The notes beneath the pieces were generated by a model, which saw nothing but the letters and a program-made list of their open reading frames with translations, ran no database searches and was not told the origin of the DNA. A DNA stretch of 55,196 bases, filler included, from Sluysia triapertura (taxonomy: Eukaryota), in assembly GCA_046118255.1 (NCBI GenBank). It is 4 parts of 4 records of this genome, joined end to end, with 100 filler letters (N's around TTAATTAATTAA, not from the genome) between each part and the next. Parts side by side here need not be neighbours in the genome. Positions count along the whole stretch, not along the records: positions 1 to 18,129 come from JBJNIA010174142.1; 3 more parts are not named here. One strand, given 5' to 3'. Of this stretch, positions 1 through 13,084 are shown piece after piece. A program made the translations under genes and the position numbers. How positions within the stretch are numbered: position 1 is the first letter of the stretch; each line of letters opens with the position of its first letter.

Positions 1-76
1 GGAGAAACATGAGGTTCCTTCACGAAACCCATGGGCTCGAAGGGTTCCTAGAAGTATAAAAGGTTGAAGACCCCTG
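1..76. mobile_element. Terminal fragment of a hAT-type (Charlie/Buster-like) non-autonomous DNA transposon
   Basis: Ends AAAAGGTTGAAGACCCCTG (reverse complement CAGGGGTCTTCAACC, a hAT-like TIR). It is followed by TTCTAAAT, which fits the nnnTAnnn 8-bp target. The other end lies outside the window. Confidence 0.55.
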
Positions 77-3000
77 TTCTAAATAAAGTAATCACAATGA
101 CCAAAGGTTTAAAACCAGATATACTTTAATTAAAAACTTTAACTGTTATAACTGTGCAAGTTTTTTAATAATTCACTTCTGACTAATTAAAATCGATTCG
201 TTGTAACAATTTAAAATCACTTCTATTTTTTACATTCTACCACTGAATTGCACTTATTAAGCATTTATAGCACGCACAATTTTATAATATTTGCACTTTT
301 ATTAGTTTTTTGATATTATAATATAATTTTAATAGATAATAAACAATAATAAATAATATAATTTTAATAAAATAATAATAATAACTAATTATATACATTT
401 ACATATCAAAATTACAGAATATTACCTTTATTAAATCATTTATTAAATTTTATACATTTACAAAACGAATAGAAGATAAAATTAACGAAGTATTATTATC
501 AATCAAAAGTAAACTACTACCAGAAAATAACTAACATTTGATAAAAAGTTATACCCTAAGGCAATAGACTTATATTTAAGAGATAACGCATTTTATAACT
601 AAAGAACTCAACGAAACGTTTTGAGCAAAGCAACTCAATTTCCACACCTTGATTTTTACAGTTTTATTTAAGAGACAATTAATTCATCTCATGTTTGATT
701 ATGATGCCGCAAATCCTTCATGTGACAATCTTAAATAAATCATTTATAAATAAATAATTTCAATATTTCAATAATTAATAATACAAATTAAAGCAAATCT
801 AAATTTTTATAATTTCTATGTGAGAAAACAATTTGTAAAATTAACTTTAAAGTAAAAATAATAACATCGAATAAATATCAGTAAAATCTATTGATAAAAA
901 TAAATTATAATGATAAAATAGTATCGCTAGAAAATAAAAAGACTACCCAGATTAATAATAATTCAGTGTATATACAGAGTTTTTTATACAAGTAAATATA
1001 CTATAGTATAGTATAAATCCAGAATCTGGATAAATAATAATAATACTGTTATCAAACCTGAAAATTAATATCTGGATTTATCTAAATAAACTAATTATTA
1101 CGAGAAAAAACATTATTATTAAAAAATGACTCTTTAGATAAATGAAAATAAATAATAATTAATATAAAAAATAATTATAATTAATATGTAATCTTACCGA
1201 TGGCTCAATAAAGCAATATTTAAGTTAAACACGCAAGGTATTTTGTATTAAAAAATTTCGGTACGTTATTATCGATTTATGTATCGTGATAGTTTGAAAC
1301 TCAGTTAATTTAATTGGAAATATTTGTATTTTCTAGAAGATTTGATTGCAAACGAGATCTTGCTATCGCTATTTGTCTAAGTAAAATGAATGCTCTCATG
1401 AATGTTCTTATTGTAAAATAATGTGGATTTTTTTATCATAAAATAATGCTCATTTTATGTTCGAACTCATTTTTTTTCATATTATCATTTTTAAACTTTC
1501 ATTTTAAAATAAATTTAAGATCATTTATTTGTATTATTAAATTATTATTGTAAAATTACGTAGATCATAATGCTTTTATATTAAATTAAAATGAAATTAC
1601 ATACCAACAATATAAAGTCAAACTTTAGTAACAAATAACAATTAATTTTAAATTGAAATTGTATAAATAATCAGTTTAAAGTGAGATGCAAGAAAGATAA
1701 CATGAAATTAAAAATTATAAACATCAAATTATATTATCATAATCAATAAAATCATTTCAAAATAAAAATTAATAACAATAATGTAAAATCACACTTGAAG
1801 AGCATAAAATCCGATTAAAATTATCTTTAAAACATTATTTGAAATAACAAGGAAAAAATTATTTTGCATAAATCATATTATCTTTATTTCTAACTTTAAA
1901 TCCGTATTAAGATGATCTTTAAAATCGACATTCAAAAATATTAATCTTTCTATTTTTGCTTGTTCGGGAATGTCGTTTAATTGAGATTTTTCTTGGAAAA
2001 TGAATGTAGGCTTTAATTTCTGAACTTTGCTGGAGTTACTTCTTTCATATTTTATTTCTGTTCTTGCTTCGTGACTTCGATTATTCCCTGATTTTGCAAA
2101 TAATAAGAAAGAAAATAAAGAATAACTAAAAAACAGAAGATACCTACAATGACAAATATTAAAAATTATAGTCGTCTTATTTGTGGATATAGGAGTCAAA
2201 TGCCGTGGTTGAATTTTTAATTTAATTTGTAATTTCGTGATTTTAATAATTTATGAAATCGAGTTTTAGTGTGAAGGATATAAGACTTGAGGCGGTCATG
2301 ACTATTGATGTTCCTTAAGTGTATTATGAATTGGTTCGAAATGAAGTTCGGTTATGTACGTGAGTTTGAGTACATGAAAGTAGTATAATATAATTGTGGA
2401 AAAGATTAAAACACATTTGTATCACAACAATATTAAATAATTTGGAATTACATCACAAAATGGTATAAATATTCAATCAACTTTAACAAGATCCATTAAT
2501 TTTTTGGTTGAAATTATCGAACCCTTGTAAAAATTTATAAATCGAAATAAATATTGATTTAGTGACAAGAAACAATAAAATTCACTATTTCAAGAGCCAT
2601 TTGTCTTTTGGTTGAAAACTTATTTGAGGTTATCAAACTCTTGAGTTATCAAACAGACAGGTAGACTCAAAATCAATATTGATTTATTTGGTAACAAAAG
2701 TAAGATTGTTTTGTATCTGTGTACTTAATATAAAATTTTAAGAAAAATCTCATAATTATACAATAAAATAAAATAATTGTCGATTATTTTTGTCAAGTTG
2801 TGTATTCTAAAAATAATGTGTCTGTAACAAGATTGTGATTTTCTATTATACATACTAAATAAATTGATTTTCTTAAAATAAACTATTGTAAAGTATGTAA
2901 AGAGTATATGTAAAGTATAAAGAATTTATAATTTATTTATTCATAAATAACTGTTATCTTATATTATAAATAAATTAAAAAAATAACTAAAAAATAGAAA

Positions 3001-4649
3001 ATTAAATAAAAATCAAAAAATAAGAATATACTGTTTTAAATTTTATTTTAATATTTGTTTTAATTCTATTAATATTTAAAAAGAATTTAAAATAATAAAC
3101 AAAGGTAATTTTATTTTAATTATTAAAGAAATTTATTTTTAGAAAACTAAAGAAAATAATAAATAAATTATTTTAAATTATTAATAAGCGGAAACCATCT
3201 TGGAAGTAAATTTTGTATATATATAAGAACAATTTAGGAATCTCGAGAAGACAAAGTCACAACAAAAGAATAACAAAATTTTTTAGATAAAGTATTAAAG
3301 AAGCTATTTAAGAACCAAGTTCCACTTTTATAAAACTTTCCATGACTTCCAAGTAATTAATTTTATTTTAAGTTTATAAACACTTCACTTTATATAGGAA
3401 GTGCAAAATCTCACGGGTTGCGAAAAATCAACTTAACATTTAACGTAACTATCAACCAAAGTTGAGCAGGTAATTAAAATATTATCATTATTATAATTAA
3501 CCTCACGTACTGTCATTTTACTTTTATTGTAAGTTTATCGTTGTTATTAATATACCTTAAGCAGTTTAAGTAGTTTTGTTTTGAGTAATTAATTTAAAAT
3601 TCATTTTCTAAAGCAACACCTTAATACGCGTTGCGTAATTTGTAAAATATAAAATTTTAATTAACACCTAGCAAAGGGTTGTAACACAAAGTAATTAAAG
3701 TGATTGTTATTAAAGTAATCATAAGTGAAAAGTCAATTAAGTTTAACAGAATTAAGAAAACCTAATAGTACGTTTCCAATAGTGGTGTAAAGCGTATATA
3801 TTAGGCGAACCGACTTCTCAGATAATTTGCAGTGAATAAGTTTAAGAAAATACTAGCACTTTTTATGGCATTAATATATAATTAATTTATTGTAATAAAT
3901 TATATAAATAAAAATATTTCTTTGAAATATAATTAATTCTTTATAATATAATTCTTTAAATTAATCAAGGACATTCAAGTAGTTCTAAAAGCTACAGTAA
4001 TTTTACATAAACTTAACAACTACTTTGCACATAACTATTCTGTACTCCACACAATTTTTTCGGATCATTGTTCATTTGAATTAAATCATACTGTTTCTTG
4101 GATCGGATCAGAATCATTCTTAAACACTCTGGACAAAATCATTTTGGATTACTACTTTTAATTTATTCGTTAGTTTGATTATTTTAAGTGATAAATTTAA
4201 ATTAAGATAGTAAAATATTTACTTAACATCTATTTAAAGAAATCAATTCTTTTTAATCTAAGAGTTGTCAAGTTTATAAATATAAAATAAATTAGTTACG
4301 ATAATATATTAATGTGTAAAAATTTTCATTTATTATTGTATTATCACTGCTATAACTTTTGTAATATACATTTATTTTAAATTTTTTGTTGCCTTCAAAT
4401 TTTGTTGTTTGTATATAATAAAGTGCACCGATTTTACTCGGTATAATGGCGGTTGGGCATTAAATATATCGAAAATTTTAAATAAATATCGAAAATTTTA
4501 AGACAATTTAAAATTAAATTTAAATTCGAATTACGAAGAAAGTAAAAATCGATTAAATAATTATTACAATTATAGCAGGTAAAAAACAAATAATCGAAAA
4601 CTGCATATATTGAACATTCAAATATTACGTAACAATAAAGATGTTTTGA

Positions 4650-5310
4650 AAACACCAAATGTTTTAAAGACACTAAAACAGTAGGTTCACATACTTCTTC
4701 TAGTACTTCTTCCAATACGAAGCACTTAATTGCATACTGACAGTTTACATACACACATTAAACAAGACACTTTCATCTTAGTAAATTGGCAATTTAAGCA
4801 GATTACGTTAAAACGTACACATATTTCAATTTTTAAAACGCGAATGCCGTAAACTGAGCTACAGTTAGATGATCTTTAAGCACGGTTCCCGATTTCAAGA
4901 ACTTGATTCACCATGGGAAGGATGTAACTTTTCAATTCTAGCTCAGGAAATTTGCTCATCATGAAGTTCAAATCTTTCGAGTTTGTAAGCACTATCTGAA
5001 ATAGCTGCGGCATATAGAGAACAAGGATAAGCTTTGTAAGCACGCATTTGGATGAATCAACTTCCGTAGCAATTTTCGGTAGTAATTTGTAAAGTTGGGA
5101 TCGACCTAAAAAATCAAGTTACAATACATTATCCATACTTTGAACAGTTGATACCGGAGGATCGATAAAAGGTGAAATCTTGCTAAGTCACACTGTATCA
5201 TTATCATCAACTGGGTTGATTTTTACAACAAAATTTAGTAACATCTTGCATAGTTCTAAAGAAAAGCTTTTTGATCCAACAAAAACAAAACACACTGTAC
5301 AAGTCTCGAA
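4650..5310 (-). pseudogene. SCYL2: SCY1-like pseudokinase 2 (SCYL2) fragment, end of kinase domain plus HEAT region, with stops, a frameshift and internal deletions
   Basis: Minus-strand translation gives ELCKMLLNFVVKINP..LSKISPFIDPPVSTVQSMDNVL*LDFLGRSQLYKLLPKI..SKDLNFMMSKFPELELKSYILPMVNQVLE..NVICLNCQFTKMKVSCLMCVCKL, then after a frameshift KCFVLEEVLEEVCEPTVLVSL. This is colinear with recalled human SCYL2 (MTKIPFFDDVGAVTLQYFDTLFQRDNLQKSQFFKGLPKV; KMDLLLTKTPPDEIKNSVLPMVYRALE; VRVNSLVCLGKI; KWFVLDDIL..EPAVLMGI). Confidence 0.75.
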
Positions 5311-6667
5311 CTAAAAAATTTCGGGTAACAATTAAGTAAAATCCCAGATGAAATTATTTCACCGATTTCGAAATTTTCATACATAAAAATTAATATTCTC
5401 ACTAATCTTGAAAGATTTAAAAATTAGAAAAGTATGAAAATTTAAACAAAAAAATTTCTTTTATAAGATAAATTCAATATTAAAACTTTATTTTCAAAAA
5501 AAGGGAATCAAAGCAAAAATTGTATAAAATTCTCTAATATGCATAAGAAACAATTAAAATCCGATAGGTGCTGCAAGGAGGAAGAAAGCGACATCGGCAA
5601 GAAATGCTACAATTAATTTATAATAACACTTTTGCATGCTAATGATTTAATCGCATGAATTTATAAGTTTGGCGAGATATGATGGTGTTATGAAATTGAT
5701 GAAATGTTCATGAATGAGTTTAGAGTGAATTGTATTTGTGCTTATGTCTATGTTTATTAATGGATGTATTTAGCACTACATTCGGTTGTAAAACATACGA
5801 AAAATTCAAGTTCATTGCTAAAGAGTTTAATAATAATAATAAGGTGCAGTTTTTTCAATGCGGACGTAAAATACTACTTAAATTATTAATTTTGTTACCT
5901 AATAGTAAATATAATTTGAAATAACATTTTTTGATTACCAGTATTACTTGATATCAAACAAATTCCGAAAAATACCATTTATCTTGCCAATTGCTATGAA
6001 AGAGATCGCTTCTACTTAAAATACCAGCATTTTACATTTACCTCCGAATAAGTTCTTCTTGATTGCTACTTACAACTTAGCCCTTAAGTGAGTAAGACTA
6101 AGATTGTAAGGAACTCACCACAAAGCAAAAACAAACAAACTCGCAAATTCTTGCATGTAATAACCAAATTTTATTTGATTTTCTTTTTGAATAAAATAAT
6201 CATAGTTCTAGTTCGTTCTTTTTCTTTATGAGTGGTAGGGGATAGGGTTACAGAGTGGAATTAAAGTAATATAAGTAAAGAATATAAAATAAGAGTTTTC
6301 TTGTGAGTAAAATCATTTATTAAAATCACCGTTTTAATAAAGTGAAATAAATTACCATAAAGTGTAATCATACAAAATAGGTCGAATCATAGTAGAATAG
6401 TAATATGTCTAATTGAATAACTAATCAATTAATTAGCACCTCTACCTCGAATAACTGGGACTAGTATTCTGATCCACACTTCCAGATGAGATAAATATAA
6501 TAGATAAAGTCCAGATATTACTTGCAGAATAAGTTAATGCAGAAAATTTGCATTAATAAAAGATTATATCGTCACATAAGTTTAAGTAGTAAAATAAGTG
6601 AAAATATTACTAAAGAAGCTTATAATATTACCAGAGACTAAAAGTTAATTCAAACTCATTCAAATTT

Positions 6668-6669
<2 letters not shown>

Positions 6670-6720
<51 letters not shown>
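6670..6720. repeat. (AAT)n microsatellite
   Basis: About 17 perfect AAT units. Confidence 0.95.
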
Positions 6721-6722
<2 letters not shown>

Positions 6723-9700
6723 TTTTTACATTTGGATTAACATTAATCAATTGATTTTGACATTTCTACTATTGTGAAAATCTGAGTAATAAGTAAGTTA
6801 ATTATGCTTAGGATTCTTTTTCTGTTAACAGAAAAATAAGATTTACTTAAACTTGTTTAATTAAAGTGTGGTTTAGCTAGACACAATTTAATCACCAAAA
6901 TATGATATTTCTAGAGGTTCCTCTAATTACAATATTTTATATTATTTTGTAATAAATTGTAGTTTACAATTTTTGTCCTAATAAACTCTTACTTATTTGT
7001 TTTCTTTTACTGTTGGAATAATAAAAGTTGTTTGAATAATTTGAATTAAATATTGTAAAAGCTAAAACTAACACTTATTAGTGACAAGGTAAAGGTCTTA
7101 AGGTAATATTTATTGATTTACAAGTGCATAATTGTTTAAACGAAGTTATTTATTTGCATGGAGATATTATAAGTTGTAACGAGGACTTGTTAATTAAGAG
7201 ATGTGAAGAGATTTAACACAAACACAGAGTAAATAAATAATCAATTTGTCAGACAGATTTTTTAGATAAAAACTAGCATAAAAATAGACTAACTTAAATA
7301 GATAAATCTTAGAAATAATTAGATTTTAACAATTAAACCTTAGGAGAAAATTTAAAATTGTATTCCAATATATTTGATTCAAATTATATTAAATCTTTCT
7401 TAGAATTCTAATTATGTACAGAATTTAACTAATCCCAGAATAGATAAAGTTCTTTCTAATTAATTTAAATCAAATTGACTTCAGATTTACTTTTCATAAT
7501 TTTCTTTATTTATAAATATAAGAATCGATAACAATAAAAAATGTTAAGTTTTTACTCTGGGAATTACATCTGCAATTAATCAATTATTTGGTTTTGTTGA
7601 GGATAACCCTGAAGAAAAAATGAAACAGAAGACTAGTAAAATTGTACTGAAAATGACAATAAAAAAGAAATTATTATAATTGAAAAAATCGGTCACAAAA
7701 CAAGTCTATTTTATGTTCCGACTGATAGTATGTTTTCTCAAAACATTATCAGCGAAACACCTGGTAATAGTAAATAAACAATTTGAGACAATAAATAGAA
7801 TAGTTCATTTAACTGTGATTATCGTCACTAATAAATCTAACGCTTATAAAAAAATTTACCGTTGAAAATTTAGATTTCAAATCAAAAACGGGTTTTTTGG
7901 GAAATATTACTAATTAGTGTTTAATATACAAAACTAACTCTTTATCATTTGTTCTTTACCAAGTTAAATTTTAAACTCTTCATATTCTGCCAACAATGAA
8001 TTGTATTCATGCTTTATATTATTATCTGAATTTTCCAATTGTTTTCTTAACTTTTCTATCTCTGAATCTTTTTATTTTATTTTTCATATTCATCTTTATC
8101 TAAATAAAAGTCAATATTAAATTAATAAAATTGCTTTTTAATATTGATAAATAAATAAATAAATTTATTCATAATAAAACTGAAACAAATTCAGTTTTCA
8201 ATGTTGATTAATTAAAAAACAAAAAATAAAATAAAATGAGATATTATTTGTTTGGACTAATAAAAAAAACATCTTTATATATTCGAACCCAGGATTTCTT
8301 GATGTGGTGGCTCACTAACAACTTAATTCCTATTGTCAGAAAAATAATAGTAGTAATATTTGTTAATAATAATGATAGTAATAATAATAACAATAACAGA
8401 TAAAAACAATATAATTAAAATGCATATGAGAAAAAAATAAGTCAAATTGAAATAAACTAATTTAATTTAATGAGATTTTAAATATTAAATTATTTAATGT
8501 TTTTCCTGGAAAAACGTTTTATATTAATTGAAATTTTAAATGTCCAAAAAAATTATTGCGATTTAATAAAATGTTTAATTTAAATTAATTGGATTAAAAA
8601 TATGTCCAACTATTATAGAAGGACCAACATATTCACATACACTGCACAATAAATAATTCATTTGACTGAAAACTAATATTTACCAACAACTTTCTGTTTC
8701 TCGAATTTCGATAGAACGTTTTTTGGCAGTCCACATTCAGTACTAATGCATTGTATTTGGCAATTCACGTTCAATATTAAAATCGATGTCAGGAATATTT
8801 TCAGGAATATTTTTTCAGACTTTGATGATCCAAAATTCATTAGTTTATTTGTATTAAGTCTTCCTTACTTATGTAAGATACAAATTTTATTTAAATCTTA
8901 ATTTAAAATCCGTATATTTGCACGCTGGCTTAAGTCCAGCAATAAAATCAGTCTTTTAAAATATTCATCATATACAATAGTGCCATAAATATTATTTATT
9001 ACTACTTGCCCCTCATACGTTGTTACATGGAAAGTACATATTTTATATTATACATTTTTAATTGGTATTTTGATCAGTGGATCTTATGATACAATAAATA
9101 TTAATACCTTTATTTGTTGTTTAATCGAAATTATTTGTTAAACTTAAATATTAATCGGTAATTTAAGAATACACGAAAACATAACTATTAGTAATAAGAA
9201 ATAATTAGACATTCACATAACTGAAATTGTTAGGAACTTAACATATAAGATTGAAATTCGACTTATAAAGTAAAGTTGTAGCTAAAAAATCATAGAGGTG
9301 CGTCTTTTAAGATAAGTAAAAGTAAACCGCACACTTTTGATGAACCCGTTAACTATTTTGCAAGTTTATATTAGTGAAAAAATTAGCACCATAAAATACA
9401 AAATTATTGAAAACATCTAATACAAGCACTTCAGGCCCAACACATTACACTTTAAATATTCTTACGTTACATTTGTCTGACTTTTCATACATCTTAAAAA
9501 ATATCAATTTACATCAACTCTAGTGCACTCAAACACATCTTAAATCACATTTCATACAAAGTTTCACCTTATTTCTCTCAATATTACGTTATAGTCCTAA
9601 CAATCTAAATAAACTGCATAGTATATCTATTATGTTTCAGCCTACCGTAACTAGTAATAAAACTGAACACTTTAGATTATTTTACCACAAAATTCAGTGT

Positions 9701-9949
9701 GGCTTGCCTTTCAAACATTAAATGTTGAACTTGTAAACTATTTAACATGTCATTCGGATGCGTATCACATATTTCTTAAGTACTAAAAATGCTCAATACA
9801 AATTTTGGAGGGCTTAAAACTTATCGCTTTTAATAACTTTATCAACAGATTAACAAATATATTGTAAATTTTAACTATTAACAAATTAATTAACAAAATA
9901 GGCTTAAGGCCTTTAAACAAAAAATCAATTTCTAGAAAACATACGAAAT

Positions 9950-10385
9950 TTAATTTAAATTTATTTTGAAGAAATAAACAATATAAAATATTACTTTTAA
10001 AAATATAATAAACGGATTAGTATACATTCTGATATCAGTTAATTCAACCGTGGATTTCGTTTCTTCTAAATCTCCATTATACATCGAAATCGCGTGATTG
10101 AGATTCAAGTAATTGAGAAACTCAACTTTTATACTAGACAAATTTTCTACCTGGTTCCGTTCGAGAAACAGTTCAGCTAAGAAACCGTGAGATCTGATTG
10201 GACATATATATCAACTATTTTATTAAATGAACCATTCAGTTTTAATAAATAATAAATGTTCTTTAATGCTTCTGTATTTGAAATATAATTTTTGGAAATA
10301 ACAACGTAATACAAATATTTGTAATTTTCTGTTCCATAAACATTACGAAGTAACAAACCAATGCTTTGCTCACATATAACTTCAC
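9950..10385 (-). pseudogene. Decayed orphan ORF with a C-terminal hydrophobic helix, probable paralogue of the 10925-11964 gene
   Basis: Open frame EVICEQSIGLLLRNVYGTENYKYLYYVVISKNY...LLKLNG, then stops and a frameshift into ORF 9950-10141, which ends IFLKVIFYIVYFFKINLN. The same 22-nt 3' motif follows it as follows its neighbour. Confidence 0.4.
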
Positions 10386-10924
10386 TAAGAACAATGTAAA
10401 GTATTATTTCAACTAAAATTTAAAATCAATCAAATTTAATTTATATTAATTTTTTAATATTTTTATAATTTCAGTTATCGAAGCAACGGTAGTGATGGTA
10501 CAGTAACTTAGTAGTGGTATTGTTTACAATAATAATAATTATAGTTATAATAATGGTACTGCAATAACAATAACAAAAAATACAATATTAGTTACATTTT
10601 ATCTACTCATTATTTTTGAGTAGATAAGATTCAACTAAAAATTAAATATAAAAATTTGTAAAATACAAATAATGATCATTATCAAAATTGCACTATCAAC
10701 AAGATATGGAGTTATTAAACCTTATATTTTGAAGTGTAGAATTAAGTTTGTGGAAAGGGCTTTTTCTTTTTTAATTTTAAAAAATTATTAAATTTATTAA
10801 ATTTCGTATTTTTAAATTTTTATTAGAAACGTTAAAAATTTTAATTAACGAAAAACAATTTAAATACAACTTGTAAACAATTAATAAAGTAGGCTTAAGG
10901 TCTTTTGTAAACAATAAATGAACA

Positions 10925-11964
10925 AGGTTGATTTTTATTTTGAGTATAAAAATTGTAAAAATATAAAAAACGCTAATAATTAATGTTATTGAACGTTTAC
11001 TAACTATACTTTTAGAATATATTTTCTCGAATACTGGATTTTCAACACCTATTAGAGTTTTCAAATTAGACATCAAAACTATCAGTTTTTATTTCACTAT
11101 TAATTCTTCGTAATCTATACAATTCACAAGGTACATGTGTATGTATAACATCGACATGAACAAAATTGCCATGGTAAATTTTATGTTTACTATAATTAAT
11201 AAGCGTATCACAACTATAGCTGTCAGAAAATGTTCGCTTACGTATAGTCATTGACCGAGTAAGAAATAAATCTGTATAATTTAATGATAAAATAAATTCT
11301 ACTTTTTCGTACTTTTTAACCGCATCATCATCTTTAGAAGAATAATTTTGAAATATAATATAATTTGGATTTCTATAAAAACAAGCAATATTTTCAATAA
11401 ATTGCAATTTGCAAAAACAATAATACTCTATTTTTAGTTTATCGGATAAAAATGTCTCTAGCCGTGATAAACGTGCAGCGAATAAAACGAATCCGTATGA
11501 TATGAGAAAAATACTTATTAGTATAATAAAACTAAGACTTGCGATACAAAACAAAAGAAAGTTTACTTGAAGGAATGGCAAAATTTTGTATTCATAAATT
11601 GAAACATTAATCATTTTCGATAGCAAATGTAATAAAATAAATAATAATTTCTTTCGTACTCTTAATAAATGGAGTGTACAAGTACGAAACTATAATTTAA
11701 AAATAAAATATAAATCTTACAGTTAAAGCAAAGTTATCGTCTGCTACACATCTCCCACTTGTCGATAATACTGCAAAACTGACCAGGATTATAAATTTGA
11801 GAGCTAACTTTAATGTATTGACATTGTACTTAGATGTAACTTCATTGTAGAAATTTTCAATTTCAAGTAAAACATGAAATTCATGATGAGCAAATTAGTA
11901 GGTAAATCATAGGATAAATAAGTCGAGTGATTGAACAATTATATGCAAGAGCCTTTATAATCAT
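10925..11964 (-). pseudogene. Orphan membrane-protein-like gene, apparently frameshifted, with a 31-nt GT-AG intron at 11690-11720
   Basis: Removing the intron GTAAGA...TTATAG joins ..SGRCVADDNFALT in frame to FRTCTLHLL.. and on into ORF 11066-11626. The N-terminus (MIIKALAYNCSITRLIYPMIYLLICSS) and the C-terminal TM segment (in ORF 10777-11076) are in other frames. Confidence 0.5.
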
Positions 11965-12035
11965 TTTCAATCAATAAAAAATAATTTATTTTTCAATAAT
12001 AATTATTTTATTTTATTTTAAATTTCTAGGAGCAA

Positions 12036-12188
12036 TCTGGTGTTATGGATAGTGCTGTAAGTACTTATTTGTTAAAGCAGAAAGGTTTTAGTATTATTGG
12101 TATTTTTATGACTAATTGGGATGCAAAATAATGTCTGGATAGTCTTAATGCAGATGCTTTTGTCACAGGTAAATATGCTAAAACATAA
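12036..12188 (+). pseudogene. TRMU: tRNA 2-thiouridylase (TRMU/MnmA) fragment, internally deleted
   Basis: Translates as [49 protein letters not shown]. This matches the MnmA PP-loop SGGVDS..GY.V.GVFMKNWD and the later LGADAIATGHYAR motif. The segment between them is missing and the motifs are mutated. Confidence 0.85.
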
Positions 12189-12332
12189 TTTGGTCAGTAT
12201 TTAAAGAAAAAATCTAATATTAAAATGTCATTATTACTCGGCAAAATATGTAATAAAAGATTAACCATTGTGGTTGTCGAAGGTTAATCCTTATTATCTG
12301 AATCTGCTTGAATTGGGCGATAGCGTATTAAA

Positions 12333-12710
12333 TTATTTGAATAGGCAAAGTATTAGATAAAGTAGTTTCATCATATTTACGATTTTGATGTAAAGGTGAT
12401 GAAGTTTCGATATGTGACACAAAGTAGGTAATTCTGCTGCTGAATTGGGTCCATATTTAATATCATATGTTCGGTGCTTAGTCAATCCAGAACTTTTGAA
12501 TTGTTGACTGAAATCACTGGTAACAGGACACACGCTATGTGATGTATAATGTCCATCTTCTCTTTTGTAGTGGTCATAATTACTTTCTTTTTCTGCATTG
12601 TCCTTAATGTTATTATAATAATTCTGTTTGAAATTATTATTATTATTGTTATCGAAGATCATAGATTCGTTATTTTTCTTGTTTCGTTCAGTAGTGAATG
12701 CAGCAATCAT
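12333..12710 (-). CDS. Hydrophilic Asn-rich ORF of unknown function, possibly a decayed gene fragment
   Basis: 125-aa ORF with protein-like composition and no recognisable domain. Upstream frames are interrupted. Confidence 0.25.
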   Translation of the reverse strand: MIAAFTTERNKKNNESMIFDNNNNNNFKQNYYNNIKDNAEKESNYDHYKREDGHYTSHSVCPVTSDFSQQFKSSGLTKHRTYDIKYGPNSAAELPTLCHISKLHHLYIKIVNMMKLLYLILCLFK

Positions 12711-13084
12711 ATGTTTTCTTTCAATCTCTCATAACGATTTCTTTCTTAGCGCAGTTCATCTTATTATCCTTATTTTAAATCTTTGATATATTGATCTCTA
12801 GTATAATAAATACAGCTGCACATAATTGACACGTCATTGTTACGATTGGTGAAAAATAATCATTTGGCATAAAATAAATGACACCATGATTATCAAACTT
12901 AATATCAAAAACTTAATAAACCAATAGCCATTTTAATTATTACCACGAGATGTCAAATTATTTACTCGGAGTAATAATACTGACATTATGATGAAAATAT
13001 AAACATTGAAAAATGAATGCGATATATTACACTGAAATAAGGGACGAAACTACAATTTGTCCTTAATATATCGTATTCCAACTT

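Noticed and set aside
3190-3475. Exon/short-intron-like pattern
   Set aside because: The spliced frames I tried contain stops and no homologue is recognisable.
4650-5310. Stop-codon reassignment (TAA=Gln) suggested by in-frame stops
   Set aside because: PSMD12 and the TSP1 exons have no internal stops and PSMD12 ends in TAA. The affected regions also have frameshifts and deletions, so they are pseudogenes.
8280-8340. B-box-like GGGTTCGAAT on the minus strand
   Set aside because: No cloverleaf or clear A box; too degenerate to call.
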